From an uncultured Flavobacteriaceae bacterium (GTDB lineage: Bacteria > Bacteroidota > Bacteroidia > Flavobacteriales > Flavobacteriaceae), in contig CANMXP010000007.1 in the NCBI GenBank assembly GCA_947501845.1, positions 151,381-215,380 on the forward strand: a stretch of DNA of 64,000 bases, written 5' to 3'. Positions 49,470 to 60,248 of the stretch are shown here, piece by piece. The first letter of the stretch is position 1; the number at the start of each line of letters is the position of its first letter. A program made the translations under genes and the position numbers. The notes beneath the pieces are model-generated. The model was not told the DNA's origin. It made no database searches and saw only the letters and a list, made by a program, of their open reading frames with translations.

Positions 49470-51080
49470 ATGAACATTAAAATTGCATCTGTACTGTATT
49501 TATTTGGCTTAACATTACAATTATTTTCTCAAGAAACACCTAAAAACTGGCATCTATTAGATGAAAAAGAAGACAATATCCCTGGAATTAGTCTTGAAAA
49601 AGCTTATAACCTGTTGAAAGAGCATAATAAAAAGTCATCACCAGTAATAGTTGCTGTTTTAGACTCTGGCTTAGATATCAATCATGAAGATATTAATCCC
49701 ATTTTATGGGTCAATCCCAAAGAAATTGAAGGCAATAATTTAGATGATGATGGCAATGGTTATATTGACGACGTTCATGGTTGGAATTTTATTGGTGGCC
49801 CAAACGGACAAAATATAGAAGCCGAAACTTTAGAACTAACAAGATTCTACAAAAAATTCAAAGAACAATTTAAAGGGAAAAACAAATTTAATATTGCTCC
49901 TGAAGAAAAAGAAGATTATGAAAAGTTCCTCATATATATGAAAGCATACAATGAAGGAAAAAGCAAATTAAAATCCTCTATAAAAAATAACACAGAAGAA
50001 TTTACGTTTTTTGACAAGCTAATACCTCCACTACAAGAAGCAGTTGGAAAAAACTCATTTACCGAAAAAGAACTTAAAAAAGCGAAGCTTAAAGGCCAAA
50101 AACTTGAAAACTTAAGAGCTAAGTTTTTTAGAATTTTAGAGCGAAACAAAGAAAAGGACCTTACCTCAGTAAAATTAATCAAACATTACGAAGACCTTTC
50201 ATCTCAAATGGAATCTTTAAACACCAGATTAGAATATAACTATAGTTTAGATTTTGACGGCAGAGCCATTATTGGTGATGATTATAGTAACTTAAATGAA
50301 AAAATTTATGGTAACAATGATGTTTCTAAAAGGGCTGAACACGGTACCCACGTTTCTGGCATTATAGGCGCTGTTAGACATAACAATATTGGCATTAACG
50401 GTATTGCAGATAATGTCATTATAATGCCCATTCGAAACACACCTATGGGAGATGAAGCCGATAAAGATGTCGCTAATGGTATCCGTTATGCTGTTGATAA
50501 TGGTGCTAAAATTATTAATATGAGCTTTGGAAAAGATTTTTCTCCCCAAAAAGAAGCTGTTGATGAAGCGGTTAAATATGCACAAGAAAAAGGCGTGCTC
50601 CTGGTACATGCAGCAGGAAATGATAATAAAAACACAGACTATTTTTACAATTATCCTAGTGCCTTATTAAAAGACGGTTCAGTTGCTGATAATTGGATTG
50701 AAGTGGGAGCCAGCTCTTTTAATTTGAATGAAAAACTACCAGCTACATTCTCCAATTATGGTAATGTATCTGTTGATATTTTTGCGCCAGGGGTCGATAT
50801 CTATGCCACTTTGCCCAATAACGCTTATGATACTAGAAGCGGAACTAGCATGGCAGCCCCTGTAGTTTCTGGTATTGCAGCCTTGCTATTTTCATATTTC
50901 CCACATTTAACACCCGAACAAGTCATATCAATCATCACTGAATCTGGCATTACTTATAACATAGATGTTAACCAACCTGGTTCAGAAAATAAAGTACCAT
51001 TTTCTTCTTTATCAAAAACTGGCAAGATTATAAATGCTTATTCTGCGGTCAAACTAGCTTTAAAGAACTATGACAACTAA
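49470..51080 (+). CDS. Secreted subtilisin-like serine protease (peptidase S8)
   Basis: Signal peptide. Catalytic triad motifs VAVLDSGLD (Asp), HGTHVSGIIG (His), GTSMAAPVVSG (Ser). Confidence 0.85.
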   Translation: MNIKIASVLYLFGLTLQLFSQETPKNWHLLDEKEDNIPGISLEKAYNLLKEHNKKSSPVIVAVLDSGLDINHEDINPILWVNPKEIEGNNLDDDGNGYIDDVHGWNFIGGPNGQNIEAETLELTRFYKKFKEQFKGKNKFNIAPEEKEDYEKFLIYMKAYNEGKSKLKSSIKNNTEEFTFFDKLIPPLQEAVGKNSFTEKELKKAKLKGQKLENLRAKFFRILERNKEKDLTSVKLIKHYEDLSSQMESLNTRLEYNYSLDFDGRAIIGDDYSNLNEKIYGNNDVSKRAEHGTHVSGIIGAVRHNNIGINGIADNVIIMPIRNTPMGDEADKDVANGIRYAVDNGAKIINMSFGKDFSPQKEAVDEAVKYAQEKGVLLVHAAGNDNKNTDYFYNYPSALLKDGSVADNWIEVGASSFNLNEKLPATFSNYGNVSVDIFAPGVDIYATLPNNAYDTRSGTSMAAPVVSGIAALLFSYFPHLTPEQVISIITESGITYNIDVNQPGSENKVPFSSLSKTGKIINAYSAVKLALKNYDN

Positions 51081-51112
51081 TTTTATTGACAGATACGAAT
51101 TAAAATTAGCTA

Positions 51113-52129
51113 ATGGCACTAAATAAAAACGCATTAATACGCTATAAAACCATTGATAAATGTCTCCAAAACAATTATAGACAATGGACATTAGATGATT
51201 TGATAGAGGCGTGCTCTGATACATTATGTGAATATGAAGGCAGGGAAGTAAATGTAAGCAAACGCACTGTTCAATTAGACATCCAAATGATGCGTAGTGA
51301 TAAACTAGGTTATAACGCTCCAATTGTTGTCTACGACAAAAAGTTCTACAAATATGAGGATGAAGATTATTCTATAACTGACATTCCCCTCAACGAAAAT
51401 GACATGAATGTGCTTTCGGAAACGGTTGAGATGTTAAAGCAATTTAAAGACTTCTCTTTATTTTCAGAATTAGGTGGTATTATTCAACGTTTGGAAGATA
51501 AAGTTTATACCGAAAAAACACATCAATCCGCCATTATACATTTAGACAAGAATGAAAAGCTAAAAGGCTTAGAACATTTAGATATATTGTATCAGGCCAT
51601 TTTAAAAAAGATGGTTCTAAAAATTGAGTACCAATCATTTAAAGCAAGGCAGGCCTCTGAGATTATTTTTCATCCGTTTATTTTAAAAGAGTTTAACAAT
51701 CGCTGGTTTTTAATAGGTAAACCAGGAGTAGAAGCTAAAAAACCGATAGTTACTTTTGCTTTAGACAGAATAGTTGCTATCGATTATGATACTACAATCA
51801 AATACAAAAACGACAACTTTAATGGCGATCAATATTATAAAGATGTCATTGGGGTTACTGTTTCAAATACCCGTGCTGAAAGAATCCAATTTTGGGTAGA
51901 CAAGAAAAATGCTCCTTATGTAATAACTAAGCCTTTTCACAATTCACAAAGGGTCATAAAACAAACCGATGACGGTGTTGTTTTTAACATTTTTGTGCAA
52001 ATTAATTTTGAATTGGAACGGATGATCTTGGGTTTTGGAGACTCTATTGAAGTTATTAAACCAAAACGTCTTAGAGATCGCATGCAACAAAAGTTAGAAA
52101 AGGCTGTAGAATTTTACGAAAAAGAATAG
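51113..52129 (+). CDS. WYL-domain transcriptional regulator (N-terminal wHTH + WYL + C-terminal extension; BrxR/CapW-like architecture)
   Basis: HTH region …SKRTVQLDIQMMR. WYL region …IIFHPFILKEFNNRWFLIG…FALDRIVAIDY…. Confidence 0.6.
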   Translation: MALNKNALIRYKTIDKCLQNNYRQWTLDDLIEACSDTLCEYEGREVNVSKRTVQLDIQMMRSDKLGYNAPIVVYDKKFYKYEDEDYSITDIPLNENDMNVLSETVEMLKQFKDFSLFSELGGIIQRLEDKVYTEKTHQSAIIHLDKNEKLKGLEHLDILYQAILKKMVLKIEYQSFKARQASEIIFHPFILKEFNNRWFLIGKPGVEAKKPIVTFALDRIVAIDYDTTIKYKNDNFNGDQYYKDVIGVTVSNTRAERIQFWVDKKNAPYVITKPFHNSQRVIKQTDDGVVFNIFVQINFELERMILGFGDSIEVIKPKRLRDRMQQKLEKAVEFYEKE

Positions 52130-52283
52130 TATCTGCTTAAGGTACATTTTTATGTTCTATAATAAATAATATTAGCCTTATTTTCTAAGTAAATATACTT
52201 TACTCATTAAAACGCCCCGTTCACTCAATCATATTTTATTTAAAAGATCCATTTTATCTAGATTTGAAGAAATAATCATTCAA

Positions 52284-55109
52284 ATGGGTTTAAAAAAATA
52301 CAATTCTTATTTATTTTTCTTCTTTCTCTTTATTACATCGTTGTGCTCTGCTCAAAGAGGTATTATTTCTGGTGTATTAGAAGATGAATCTGGAATTCCC
52401 CTTCCTGGAGTCAATGTTATTGTAAAAGGAACTACTAGTAGTGTTCAAACTGATTTCGATGGCAATTATAGTATTGAATGTCAGGTAGGTGATATTTTGC
52501 TGTTTACCTACATTGGAATGAAAACAAGGGAAGCAAAGGTGACCTTAGAGATGTTTGGTGACCAAAAATTAACGCAATCTAAACGAGAGGAGCCAGTATC
52601 TAACATTATCAATGAAGCCTACTCCAATGCTCTGAAAACAGTTATAGATTCATTATCTCGTTCACAGGATATTTCAGAAAACCCATTAAAATATAATAAA
52701 AGAAACTATTATTTTGATTATGATAGAATTAAAAATATAAAAGAAGACTCAAACAAGATTAAAGTAACTTATTTTAGACCAGATATCTTTTATAAAATTG
52801 GATTTAATAGTTCAACTAGCTTTCAATTTGTTGACAAAAATAATTTGCCCGAATTACAAAAGACTTTCGTACAAGGAAGACCAGTAAATGGAAGTAATCA
52901 ATGGTTTGGTCCTGAAACAGATGAAATGTTTTCTTTTGGATCGACTATTAATGCGTTGACCTTTGATGGCTCAAATTACTTGTATGACACCAATGGGAGA
53001 TTAATCAATAGTGTCGCTGGGAATCAAACACTTCCATATAACAATAATCTATTTAAGACCAGTAAGATATTATCAAACAACCTAAATCTAGCAATATCAA
53101 ATAATATACATTCCATTAATCTGAACTTAAGAAGAAAGACTCAAGAAGATTTATTTGGTATTGAAAAAGGAAACTTAACTCAAATAGATTTTAACTACAA
53201 TTTCAAGAGCAAGCATAAGGTTTTTTTTAAATCGAATACTGAAATTAACAATCAACCAAATATTAATGGTTTTTACAGCAATATCCTGTTAGCGTCTTAT
53301 ATAACTCCTACTTCATTTGAAAATAATCAGGGATATATTTTTGATGATAATATGCAGCGTAATTTTAGTCCTAATCATTTTAACAATCCATTTTGGTTGT
53401 TAAATTTAAATAGAAACAGAAACAGGTCAACATCTATACTTTTTGGAGTAAAGAATAAGTTTAATATCACCGATGACTTAAAATTAAACACAATCCTAAG
53501 TTTCAATAAGGAAAAAGATAAAATCAACTTTGCATTACCCATAAATACTGTTGGTTTTGTAAGCGGATATAGAAGTAATAAAGGTTATTTTAAAGAAACA
53601 TTACATGGTTATTTAGCTTTAAAATATAAAAAGTTTATTGATGATTTTTCCAATATTGAAATTGAATCATCAATAAAATATTTGGATGCCTCTCTTAAAT
53701 ACGACTTAATGGAACTTAGTGATTTTTCAGACTTAAGTTTTAACAATCCGTCAAATGGGTCATTTGTTTCTCACAAAGTGAAAAATAATTCCATTCGTCT
53801 TGCAAATGAAATAAAGTTTGACTTAGACGTAGATTTTGATGCTGATATAACTTTAAAAAACAACTCTATTATATCCTCATTACAAGGAAATGAAGTTTTA
53901 TTACCAGCAATACAATTATATATAGATGCTTCTCAAATATTTTATACTGACTGGTTAAATACATTTTCAATAGCCGTTGGTATAGCTAAAGAAGCCAAAG
54001 AATCACCTTTGTTTTATTCTAATCTAAGCCATAATAGCCTTAATATTACACCCGAACAATCACAATCTTTATTAGCCAATAATGATCTATTTAATTCTAA
54101 GGCATTAGATTTTGAAACAGGTACTAATTTCGATATTGAAAGTAACATGCGATTATTTTATAATGTTGTTAATATTGGTATAAACTATTATGTCTCAAAA
54201 ACTAATAACAATATCTTTCCTCTTCTTACAAATGGTGCATTTGAATTACAAAATGTAGCATCAATAAAAAACAGAGGTCTAGATGCCAGTCTTGAATTTA
54301 ACATAGGCCGTTCGTGGAATAAGTTTCTTTATCAACCCACATTCCTTTTTTCTAGAAGTAGAGCAAAAGTCTTAAAGCTAAATGATGGCAGAACTTCTAT
54401 TCCCATTGCAGGTTTTAGTAATGTATCTAAAAATTTAATTGTTGGTGAGCAAACAGGAGCTATTGTAGGATCTACTTTCTTAAGAGATGCTAATGGTTCT
54501 GTTATAATGGGTAATGAAGGTTATCCAATAGTAGATTCACAAAATAAAATTATTGGAAATACAACTCCTGATTTTAATTTGAGTATGGATAATAATTTTA
54601 AAATTGGAAAAATTAAAATCAATTTTTTAATTGATTATCAAAAAGGTGGAGATGTTTGGAGTGGCACAAAAAATGTCTTGAATTACATAGGAAAATCTCA
54701 AGAGTCTGCAAATTTAAGAGAAACAACAAACTTTATATTTAACGGAGTAGACCAGTTTGGTAATACTAATACAATTCCTGTAGATTTTGCAAATCCAAAT
54801 CAGGATGTTATGTCGAATAGATGGGTACGGTATGGTTTTGATGGTGTCGATGAGGAAGCTATTGTTGATGGATCATTTATCAACTTAAAATCAATCAGTC
54901 TTTCATACGATTTTGGAAAGAATAATAAAGATGATTTATTCAGACAATTTGAATTAAGTCTTTATGGGTTTAATCTATTATCATACACAAAAGCATCAGG
55001 AGTATCACCATATTCTTCCTTATTCAATTATACTTCAGGTAAAGGATTAGATTATTTCAATACTCCATTAATAAAAGAAATAGGATTTAAAATCAATATA
55101 AAAATCTAA
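52284..55109 (+). CDS. SusC-like outer-membrane beta-barrel protein with signal peptide and CarbopepD_reg N-domain but NO recognisable plug domain
   Basis: 941 aa. GIISGVLEDESGIPLPGVNVIVKGTTSSVQTDFDGNYSI (CarbopepD_reg). The remainder is Asn/Tyr/Gly-rich with alternating-hydrophobic C-terminus (…EIGFKINIKI). No IVVxGYG…IRG…DGVP… plug motifs seen. Confidence 0.5.
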   Translation: MGLKKYNSYLFFFFLFITSLCSAQRGIISGVLEDESGIPLPGVNVIVKGTTSSVQTDFDGNYSIECQVGDILLFTYIGMKTREAKVTLEMFGDQKLTQSKREEPVSNIINEAYSNALKTVIDSLSRSQDISENPLKYNKRNYYFDYDRIKNIKEDSNKIKVTYFRPDIFYKIGFNSSTSFQFVDKNNLPELQKTFVQGRPVNGSNQWFGPETDEMFSFGSTINALTFDGSNYLYDTNGRLINSVAGNQTLPYNNNLFKTSKILSNNLNLAISNNIHSINLNLRRKTQEDLFGIEKGNLTQIDFNYNFKSKHKVFFKSNTEINNQPNINGFYSNILLASYITPTSFENNQGYIFDDNMQRNFSPNHFNNPFWLLNLNRNRNRSTSILFGVKNKFNITDDLKLNTILSFNKEKDKINFALPINTVGFVSGYRSNKGYFKETLHGYLALKYKKFIDDFSNIEIESSIKYLDASLKYDLMELSDFSDLSFNNPSNGSFVSHKVKNNSIRLANEIKFDLDVDFDADITLKNNSIISSLQGNEVLLPAIQLYIDASQIFYTDWLNTFSIAVGIAKEAKESPLFYSNLSHNSLNITPEQSQSLLANNDLFNSKALDFETGTNFDIESNMRLFYNVVNIGINYYVSKTNNNIFPLLTNGAFELQNVASIKNRGLDASLEFNIGRSWNKFLYQPTFLFSRSRAKVLKLNDGRTSIPIAGFSNVSKNLIVGEQTGAIVGSTFLRDANGSVIMGNEGYPIVDSQNKIIGNTTPDFNLSMDNNFKIGKIKINFLIDYQKGGDVWSGTKNVLNYIGKSQESANLRETTNFIFNGVDQFGNTNTIPVDFANPNQDVMSNRWVRYGFDGVDEEAIVDGSFINLKSISLSYDFGKNNKDDLFRQFELSLYGFNLLSYTKASGVSPYSSLFNYTSGKGLDYFNTPLIKEIGFKINIKI

Positions 55110-55114
55110 AGGTT

Positions 55115-58100
55115 ATGCATACTAGAAAAGCGATACTATTCATTCTAATTTCATTCCTGTTTTCATTTAAGGGCATAGAGCTGCACAGACAAAGCTTTAT
55201 TGAGAAGGTTTATACACAAACCGATCGATCTCTATACTTTCCAGAGGATACTATTTGGTTTAAATCTTATATCACAAATGCTGAAGGCAAAATATCAACA
55301 ATTAGCGAGGTTATGCATGCGCAATTAATATCCCCAAAAGGAATTGTAGTTAAAGACATTAAGCTTTCAATTACTCAAGGTTATGCATATGGTGATTTTG
55401 AAATTGAAGAAGATTGGGTTGGTGGGATATATAAAATCCGTATGTTCACCAACTGGATGAGAAATTTTGGAAAATCTTCATTTTTTGAAAAAGAGCTTGT
55501 TGTTCAAAAAGTTATAAGTCCAAACCTATTAATGACTTTGGAGTTTGATAAAGAGTCCTATGGAAGTAATTCTGAAGTCATTGCTCACTTTGAAGTAAAA
55601 GATCTAAAAAACGAACCTTTATCAAATAAAGAAATACAATTCGATGTTCACATCAAAGGTAAAAAAATAAAATCTGAAACAGTAACAATAGGTGTCAATG
55701 GAAAATATGATATCACCTTTAATCTACCTCATAATTTAAAGTCTACAGATGTACTACTAAATGTATTGGTTCCACACAAAAGTTCTAAAGAATCTATTTC
55801 AAGAAGTGTTCCTGTCACCTTAAATAATGTTGACTTACAATTTTTTCCAGAAAGTGGCAGAGCCATAATAGGTATTGACAATCAAATTGCTTTTAAAGCG
55901 GTGAATGAATTTGGAAAGCCTACTGATATTTCTGGTGACATTGTAGATACAAAAGGCCAACTAATTAAAACGTTTAGGAGTTTTCATGATGGTATGGGAA
56001 GTTTTACTTTTACACCTAATTCAGAACAGTATTATGCTAAAATTACTGAACCGTTTAAATCTGATTCATTAATACCTCTTCCAAAGGCACATATTAAAGG
56101 GGCTTCATTTAGTATAATTGATAAGAATAATTCTTATTACATAAATATCCATTCAAATGAAAAAACGGCGTTGACACTTTCTGTTTCTAATGCTTATAAA
56201 GAATTGGTTACAAAACAACTTTATGTGTCAAATAATGAGGCTTCATTTCAATTGAGTAAAGAAGATTTGTCTAAAGGAATTATTAAAGTGTCTTTGCAAA
56301 GTGAGAAAGGTAATGTTTTAGCAGAACGATTACTCTTCGCTAATAAGTCGAACCAATTAAAAGTGAATGTATCTCTGGACAAAAAGACTTATAACACTAG
56401 AGAAAAAGTGATAGTAAAAATAAAAACAACCGATGCTTTCGATAACCCCGTCCCATCCAATTTATCAGTCAGTGTTGCTGACAATAAGTTAGTTTCATTT
56501 GCTAATGATAAACAGGATAACATTCAATCTTATCTACTAATGTCTTCTGAATTGAGAGGCAAAATATATAAACCTTCATTTTACTTTGATCCAGATGAAG
56601 ATAAAGCTGAAAAAGCTCTAGATTACGTCATGCTTACACATGGTTGGAGAAGATATATTAATGATACTATAACATTTGAAAACGCAAGATTTCGGCCTGA
56701 TCTAAAAGCAATTCAGTATGGTAAAGTAGTTGATAAAAATTCTAAAGGAATAAAGAGCCATTTATTGTTATTTAATCAGGATTCAGACAAGGTGTTAAAG
56801 TTTGATACTAATGAAAAAGGCGCATTTTCATTTAAAGTTGATAAGATTAGTAATATGGTTTTAGTTGCTTACACAGACGATGGTAAAAAATTAAACATCA
56901 TTAGGGAAAAATTTGTTAAGGCTACTGTTCAAAATGATAAACAGCAATCTAATGATAAAAAAAGTATTATAGGATTTAAGCGAAATGATATTAAAAAACC
57001 TCTTAATAAAACAATTAAGGAAGCGGTAAAACAAATGGGGGCAGTCGCTATAACTTTAGATGAGGATAGTGCACAACTTGATGAGATTGTAGTTGTTGGT
57101 TATGGAATACAAAAAAAGAGAGCGCTCTCTGGTGCAGTTGTTACTGTTGTTGAGGACAACAGTATTTCTAAAATAAATGTAGATAATATTGGTCAATTAT
57201 TACAAGGTAGAATATCAGGTGTTCAAGTTGTAAATGCTTCAGGTCTTTATGGTAGTAGATCTAATATTTCAATTAGAGGATCGAGCTCTATAACAGGGAA
57301 TTCACAACCTCTATTTGTGATTGATGGTGTACCCTATAACCAGAATGATTTAGGAGGCGGTGCATTACAAAATATTGACCCATTAAATATAAATAATATT
57401 CATGTTCTAAAAGGAGCAGCAGCTTCCTCTTTATATGGCTCGAATGGGGTAAATGGTGTTGTTATAATAACAACTAAAAATCAAGCCTTTAATCGTCTTT
57501 ATGGCAGCAAGTCTTTAAACAATAAGAAATTTAAGAACTACGCTGTACAGACATTTCATAATTATGGACTAAACACTTATAACAGTAAACAATTCTATAT
57601 CCCGATATATGAGAGCGAAACGTTTTTAAATGATAGAAATGATTTTAGGGAAACTATTTATTGGAATCCAGTAATACAAACTGATGAAAATGGAGAAGCT
57701 TCTTTTGAATATTATAATTCGGATGCTATAACATCATTTATTATTACAACGGAAGGTATTGGATACAATGGGTTAATTGGTAAGAATGAAACAAAATATG
57801 CTACAAAAAAAATATTAAATATTGATTTTAAAGCTCCTAGCTATATGGTGCTTAATGACACGATAAGTTTGCCTATAACAATAAGTAATGAGTCCAACAG
57901 ATTAATTACAGCAAAATTAAATATAGAACTCCCTGATGAGTTAAAACCCCTTGAGCCTTTCAAAGAATTAAGTATTAACATTAAACCTAATTCATATGAA
58001 GTTAAAAACATCAAGATTACACCTATTAAAAAAACTAAAGAAACTACAATTAAAATTAGTGCCATTGGGGATGATTATAATGATAAAATAGATAAGAATG

Positions 58101-59695
58101 TTACAATCATTAGCCCTTATTTTCCAACTCAAACATCTATTTCAGGACATAAAGATGGAACATATCAGTTTGATATTAATAATGTTGTGGATGGAAGTTT
58201 AAAGGCGGAATTTTCTATATATACTGATATTGTTGGGAATGTCATGGACGGCATTGAATCTTTAATAAGAGAGCCTTATGGGTGTTTTGAACAAGTATCT
58301 TCAAGCACATATCCTAACGTTTTAATATTAAAATATCTTAAGGAAGCAAATAAGAGCAACCCAGAAATAGAAAAAAAAGCATTGAGTTTCATAAAAAAGG
58401 GGTACAGAAAATTAGCTGCATATGAAACCTCCGAAGGTGGTTTCGAATGGTATGGACATACACCTCCTCATGAAGCGTTATCTGCTTATGGTTTAATGGA
58501 GTTTATGGAAATGAAAGACGTATATGATGGTGTAAGTGACCAGATGATTCAAAGAACAGTCAATTATCTTATTAGTAGAAAGAATGGTGTAGGAGGCTTT
58601 AAACAGAATAGAGGTAAATATGGTTTTTCAGCTGCTCCTGAAAATGTAAATAATGCTTATATCATTTATGCGCTAAGTGAATCTAAAATAAAAGTAGATG
58701 TTGAAAAAGAATATAACGCCGCTTTTAACGAAGCCTTGACAAGTAATGATTCATATAGAATGGCTTTAATGGCTTGCGCTAGTTTTAATTTAAACAAGCT
58801 TGAAAACGCCCATCTTCTTATTAGCAAAATAAAAGAGAATATTAATCTTTATGGTTTTAATAAACTATCTGTCGAAAATACAATCACACGATCTTATGGC
58901 AATGCCAAAGAAATTGAAACTACTGCATTCTCCATTTTTGCCTTGTTGAAACAAGGTGAATCTGAATACCTTGTAAGTCAAGGAATAGAATCTATTTTAT
59001 CAAAAAGGAAATATGGCCGATTTGGTTCTACACAGGCAACCTCAATGGCATTAAAAGCATTGATCGAATATACCAAAACTCAAAAACAGAAGATTGTAAA
59101 TGATAGTTCAATTGAAATTATTATTAATGGTCATAGCTTAAAAGAGAAATTAACCGTGAATAGTACAGGCAAAATTGTCATTGAGAATATCGAAAATTAT
59201 ATAAAACCTGGCAAACAAAATGTGACCATAAGTTTTTCAAATCCAGAAATCACATTCCCGTATATGCTTAATGTAGAATGGGACAGTACACTTCCAAACA
59301 TTTCGCCTGAATGTAAGTTAGAACTTAAGACGAATATATCTGATCCTATATATCAAGTTGGAGAAACTATTCGAATGAATATTAACGTGATAAATAAAAC
59401 AAATAAGCCCTTACCAATGACCACTGCCATTATTGGTATTCCTTCTGGCACATCAGCGCAACCGTGGCAGTTAAAAGAAATATTGAAACAACATAAAGCA
59501 GACTATTTTGAGATTTTTGATAATTATTTAGTATTCTATTGGAAAGAGTTTAATAGCTCAGAAAGTAAAGAAATTAAATTAGATCTTAAAGCAGAAGTCT
59601 CAGGTAGCTATCATGCACCAGCTAGTACCGTTTATTTATACTATGCGGATGAATTTAAACATTGGTTAAGAGGGAACAAAGTAGTAATTGAATAG
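55115..59695 (+). CDS. Alpha-2-macroglobulin-family protein (MG domains + thioester-domain-like region, motif GCFEQ) carrying an internal CarbopepD_reg-like + TonB-plug module
   Basis: 1526 aa. N-terminal MG-like TDRSLYFPEDTIWFKSYI. Internal IVVVGYGIQKKRALSGAVVTV…LQGRISGVQV…ISIRGSSSITGNSQPLFVIDGVPY…HVLKGAAASSLYGSNGVNGVVIITTK (classic SusC plug). Downstream MG motif TIYWNPVIQTDENGEASFEY. TED-like REPYGCFEQ…GGFEWYG. Confidence 0.6.
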   Translation: MHTRKAILFILISFLFSFKGIELHRQSFIEKVYTQTDRSLYFPEDTIWFKSYITNAEGKISTISEVMHAQLISPKGIVVKDIKLSITQGYAYGDFEIEEDWVGGIYKIRMFTNWMRNFGKSSFFEKELVVQKVISPNLLMTLEFDKESYGSNSEVIAHFEVKDLKNEPLSNKEIQFDVHIKGKKIKSETVTIGVNGKYDITFNLPHNLKSTDVLLNVLVPHKSSKESISRSVPVTLNNVDLQFFPESGRAIIGIDNQIAFKAVNEFGKPTDISGDIVDTKGQLIKTFRSFHDGMGSFTFTPNSEQYYAKITEPFKSDSLIPLPKAHIKGASFSIIDKNNSYYINIHSNEKTALTLSVSNAYKELVTKQLYVSNNEASFQLSKEDLSKGIIKVSLQSEKGNVLAERLLFANKSNQLKVNVSLDKKTYNTREKVIVKIKTTDAFDNPVPSNLSVSVADNKLVSFANDKQDNIQSYLLMSSELRGKIYKPSFYFDPDEDKAEKALDYVMLTHGWRRYINDTITFENARFRPDLKAIQYGKVVDKNSKGIKSHLLLFNQDSDKVLKFDTNEKGAFSFKVDKISNMVLVAYTDDGKKLNIIREKFVKATVQNDKQQSNDKKSIIGFKRNDIKKPLNKTIKEAVKQMGAVAITLDEDSAQLDEIVVVGYGIQKKRALSGAVVTVVEDNSISKINVDNIGQLLQGRISGVQVVNASGLYGSRSNISIRGSSSITGNSQPLFVIDGVPYNQNDLGGGALQNIDPLNINNIHVLKGAAASSLYGSNGVNGVVIITTKNQAFNRLYGSKSLNNKKFKNYAVQTFHNYGLNTYNSKQFYIPIYESETFLNDRNDFRETIYWNPVIQTDENGEASFEYYNSDAITSFIITTEGIGYNGLIGKNETKYATKKILNIDFKAPSYMVLNDTISLPITISNESNRLITAKLNIELPDELKPLEPFKELSINIKPNSYEVKNIKITPIKKTKETTIKISAIGDDYNDKIDKNVTIISPYFPTQTSISGHKDGTYQFDINNVVDGSLKAEFSIYTDIVGNVMDGIESLIREPYGCFEQVSSSTYPNVLILKYLKEANKSNPEIEKKALSFIKKGYRKLAAYETSEGGFEWYGHTPPHEALSAYGLMEFMEMKDVYDGVSDQMIQRTVNYLISRKNGVGGFKQNRGKYGFSAAPENVNNAYIIYALSESKIKVDVEKEYNAAFNEALTSNDSYRMALMACASFNLNKLENAHLLISKIKENINLYGFNKLSVENTITRSYGNAKEIETTAFSIFALLKQGESEYLVSQGIESILSKRKYGRFGSTQATSMALKALIEYTKTQKQKIVNDSSIEIIINGHSLKEKLTVNSTGKIVIENIENYIKPGKQNVTISFSNPEITFPYMLNVEWDSTLPNISPECKLELKTNISDPIYQVGETIRMNINVINKTNKPLPMTTAIIGIPSGTSAQPWQLKEILKQHKADYFEIFDNYLVFYWKEFNSSESKEIKLDLKAEVSGSYHAPASTVYLYYADEFKHWLRGNKVVIE

Positions 59696-59851
59696 TTGTT
59701 TTCTAATATTAGCTTATAGCTTCGTATGAAAATATTCAAGCAACTAAACCAATTTTTGTCTTATAAATTTGTTAGATTAGTAGAGTGTTTGTGAGTATTT
59801 GAAATAATATCAAGTAACTTCATCTAATACTAATTATCTAAATCAATATTA

Positions 59852-60244
59852 ATGACAATACTTACAATCAAAGATGAAACTGCTTCGGGAGATATTTTAA
59901 ATGAAATACGAATTAAAGTAGAAAACGAAAGGACTACGCTGAAAGATATTATTACAGCTCGTGTATTAACAGAAGTAGAAAATTATAATAATTCTAAATC
60001 AGAGTATTTTAAAGGATTGATTCAACCAAGTGATACAGAGAAAACATTAAACGGATTTCGAGTTAAAAAAAGAAAATCCATAGATGGAGAGCAGCAAGTT
60101 TATGTTGCGCTTTATGCATTCATGCGTAATGGCTTTTTTGTAATTGTAGATGATGAACAAATTACAGATTACGATGAAGAAATACTTGTAAACACAGACA
60201 CCAAAATAAGTTTTTTTAGATTAACGCCATTAGTTGGAGGTTAA
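59852..60244 (+). CDS. Hypothetical 130-aa protein ending in Gly-Gly (…RLTPLVGG*). Possible ubiquitin-like/beta-grasp tail
   Basis: ORF. The GG terminus and an 11-nt overlap with the next gene are read directly. Fold is not verifiable. Confidence 0.3.
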   Translation: MTILTIKDETASGDILNEIRIKVENERTTLKDIITARVLTEVENYNNSKSEYFKGLIQPSDTEKTLNGFRVKKRKSIDGEQQVYVALYAFMRNGFFVIVDDEQITDYDEEILVNTDTKISFFRLTPLVGG

Positions 60245-60248
60245 GAAT

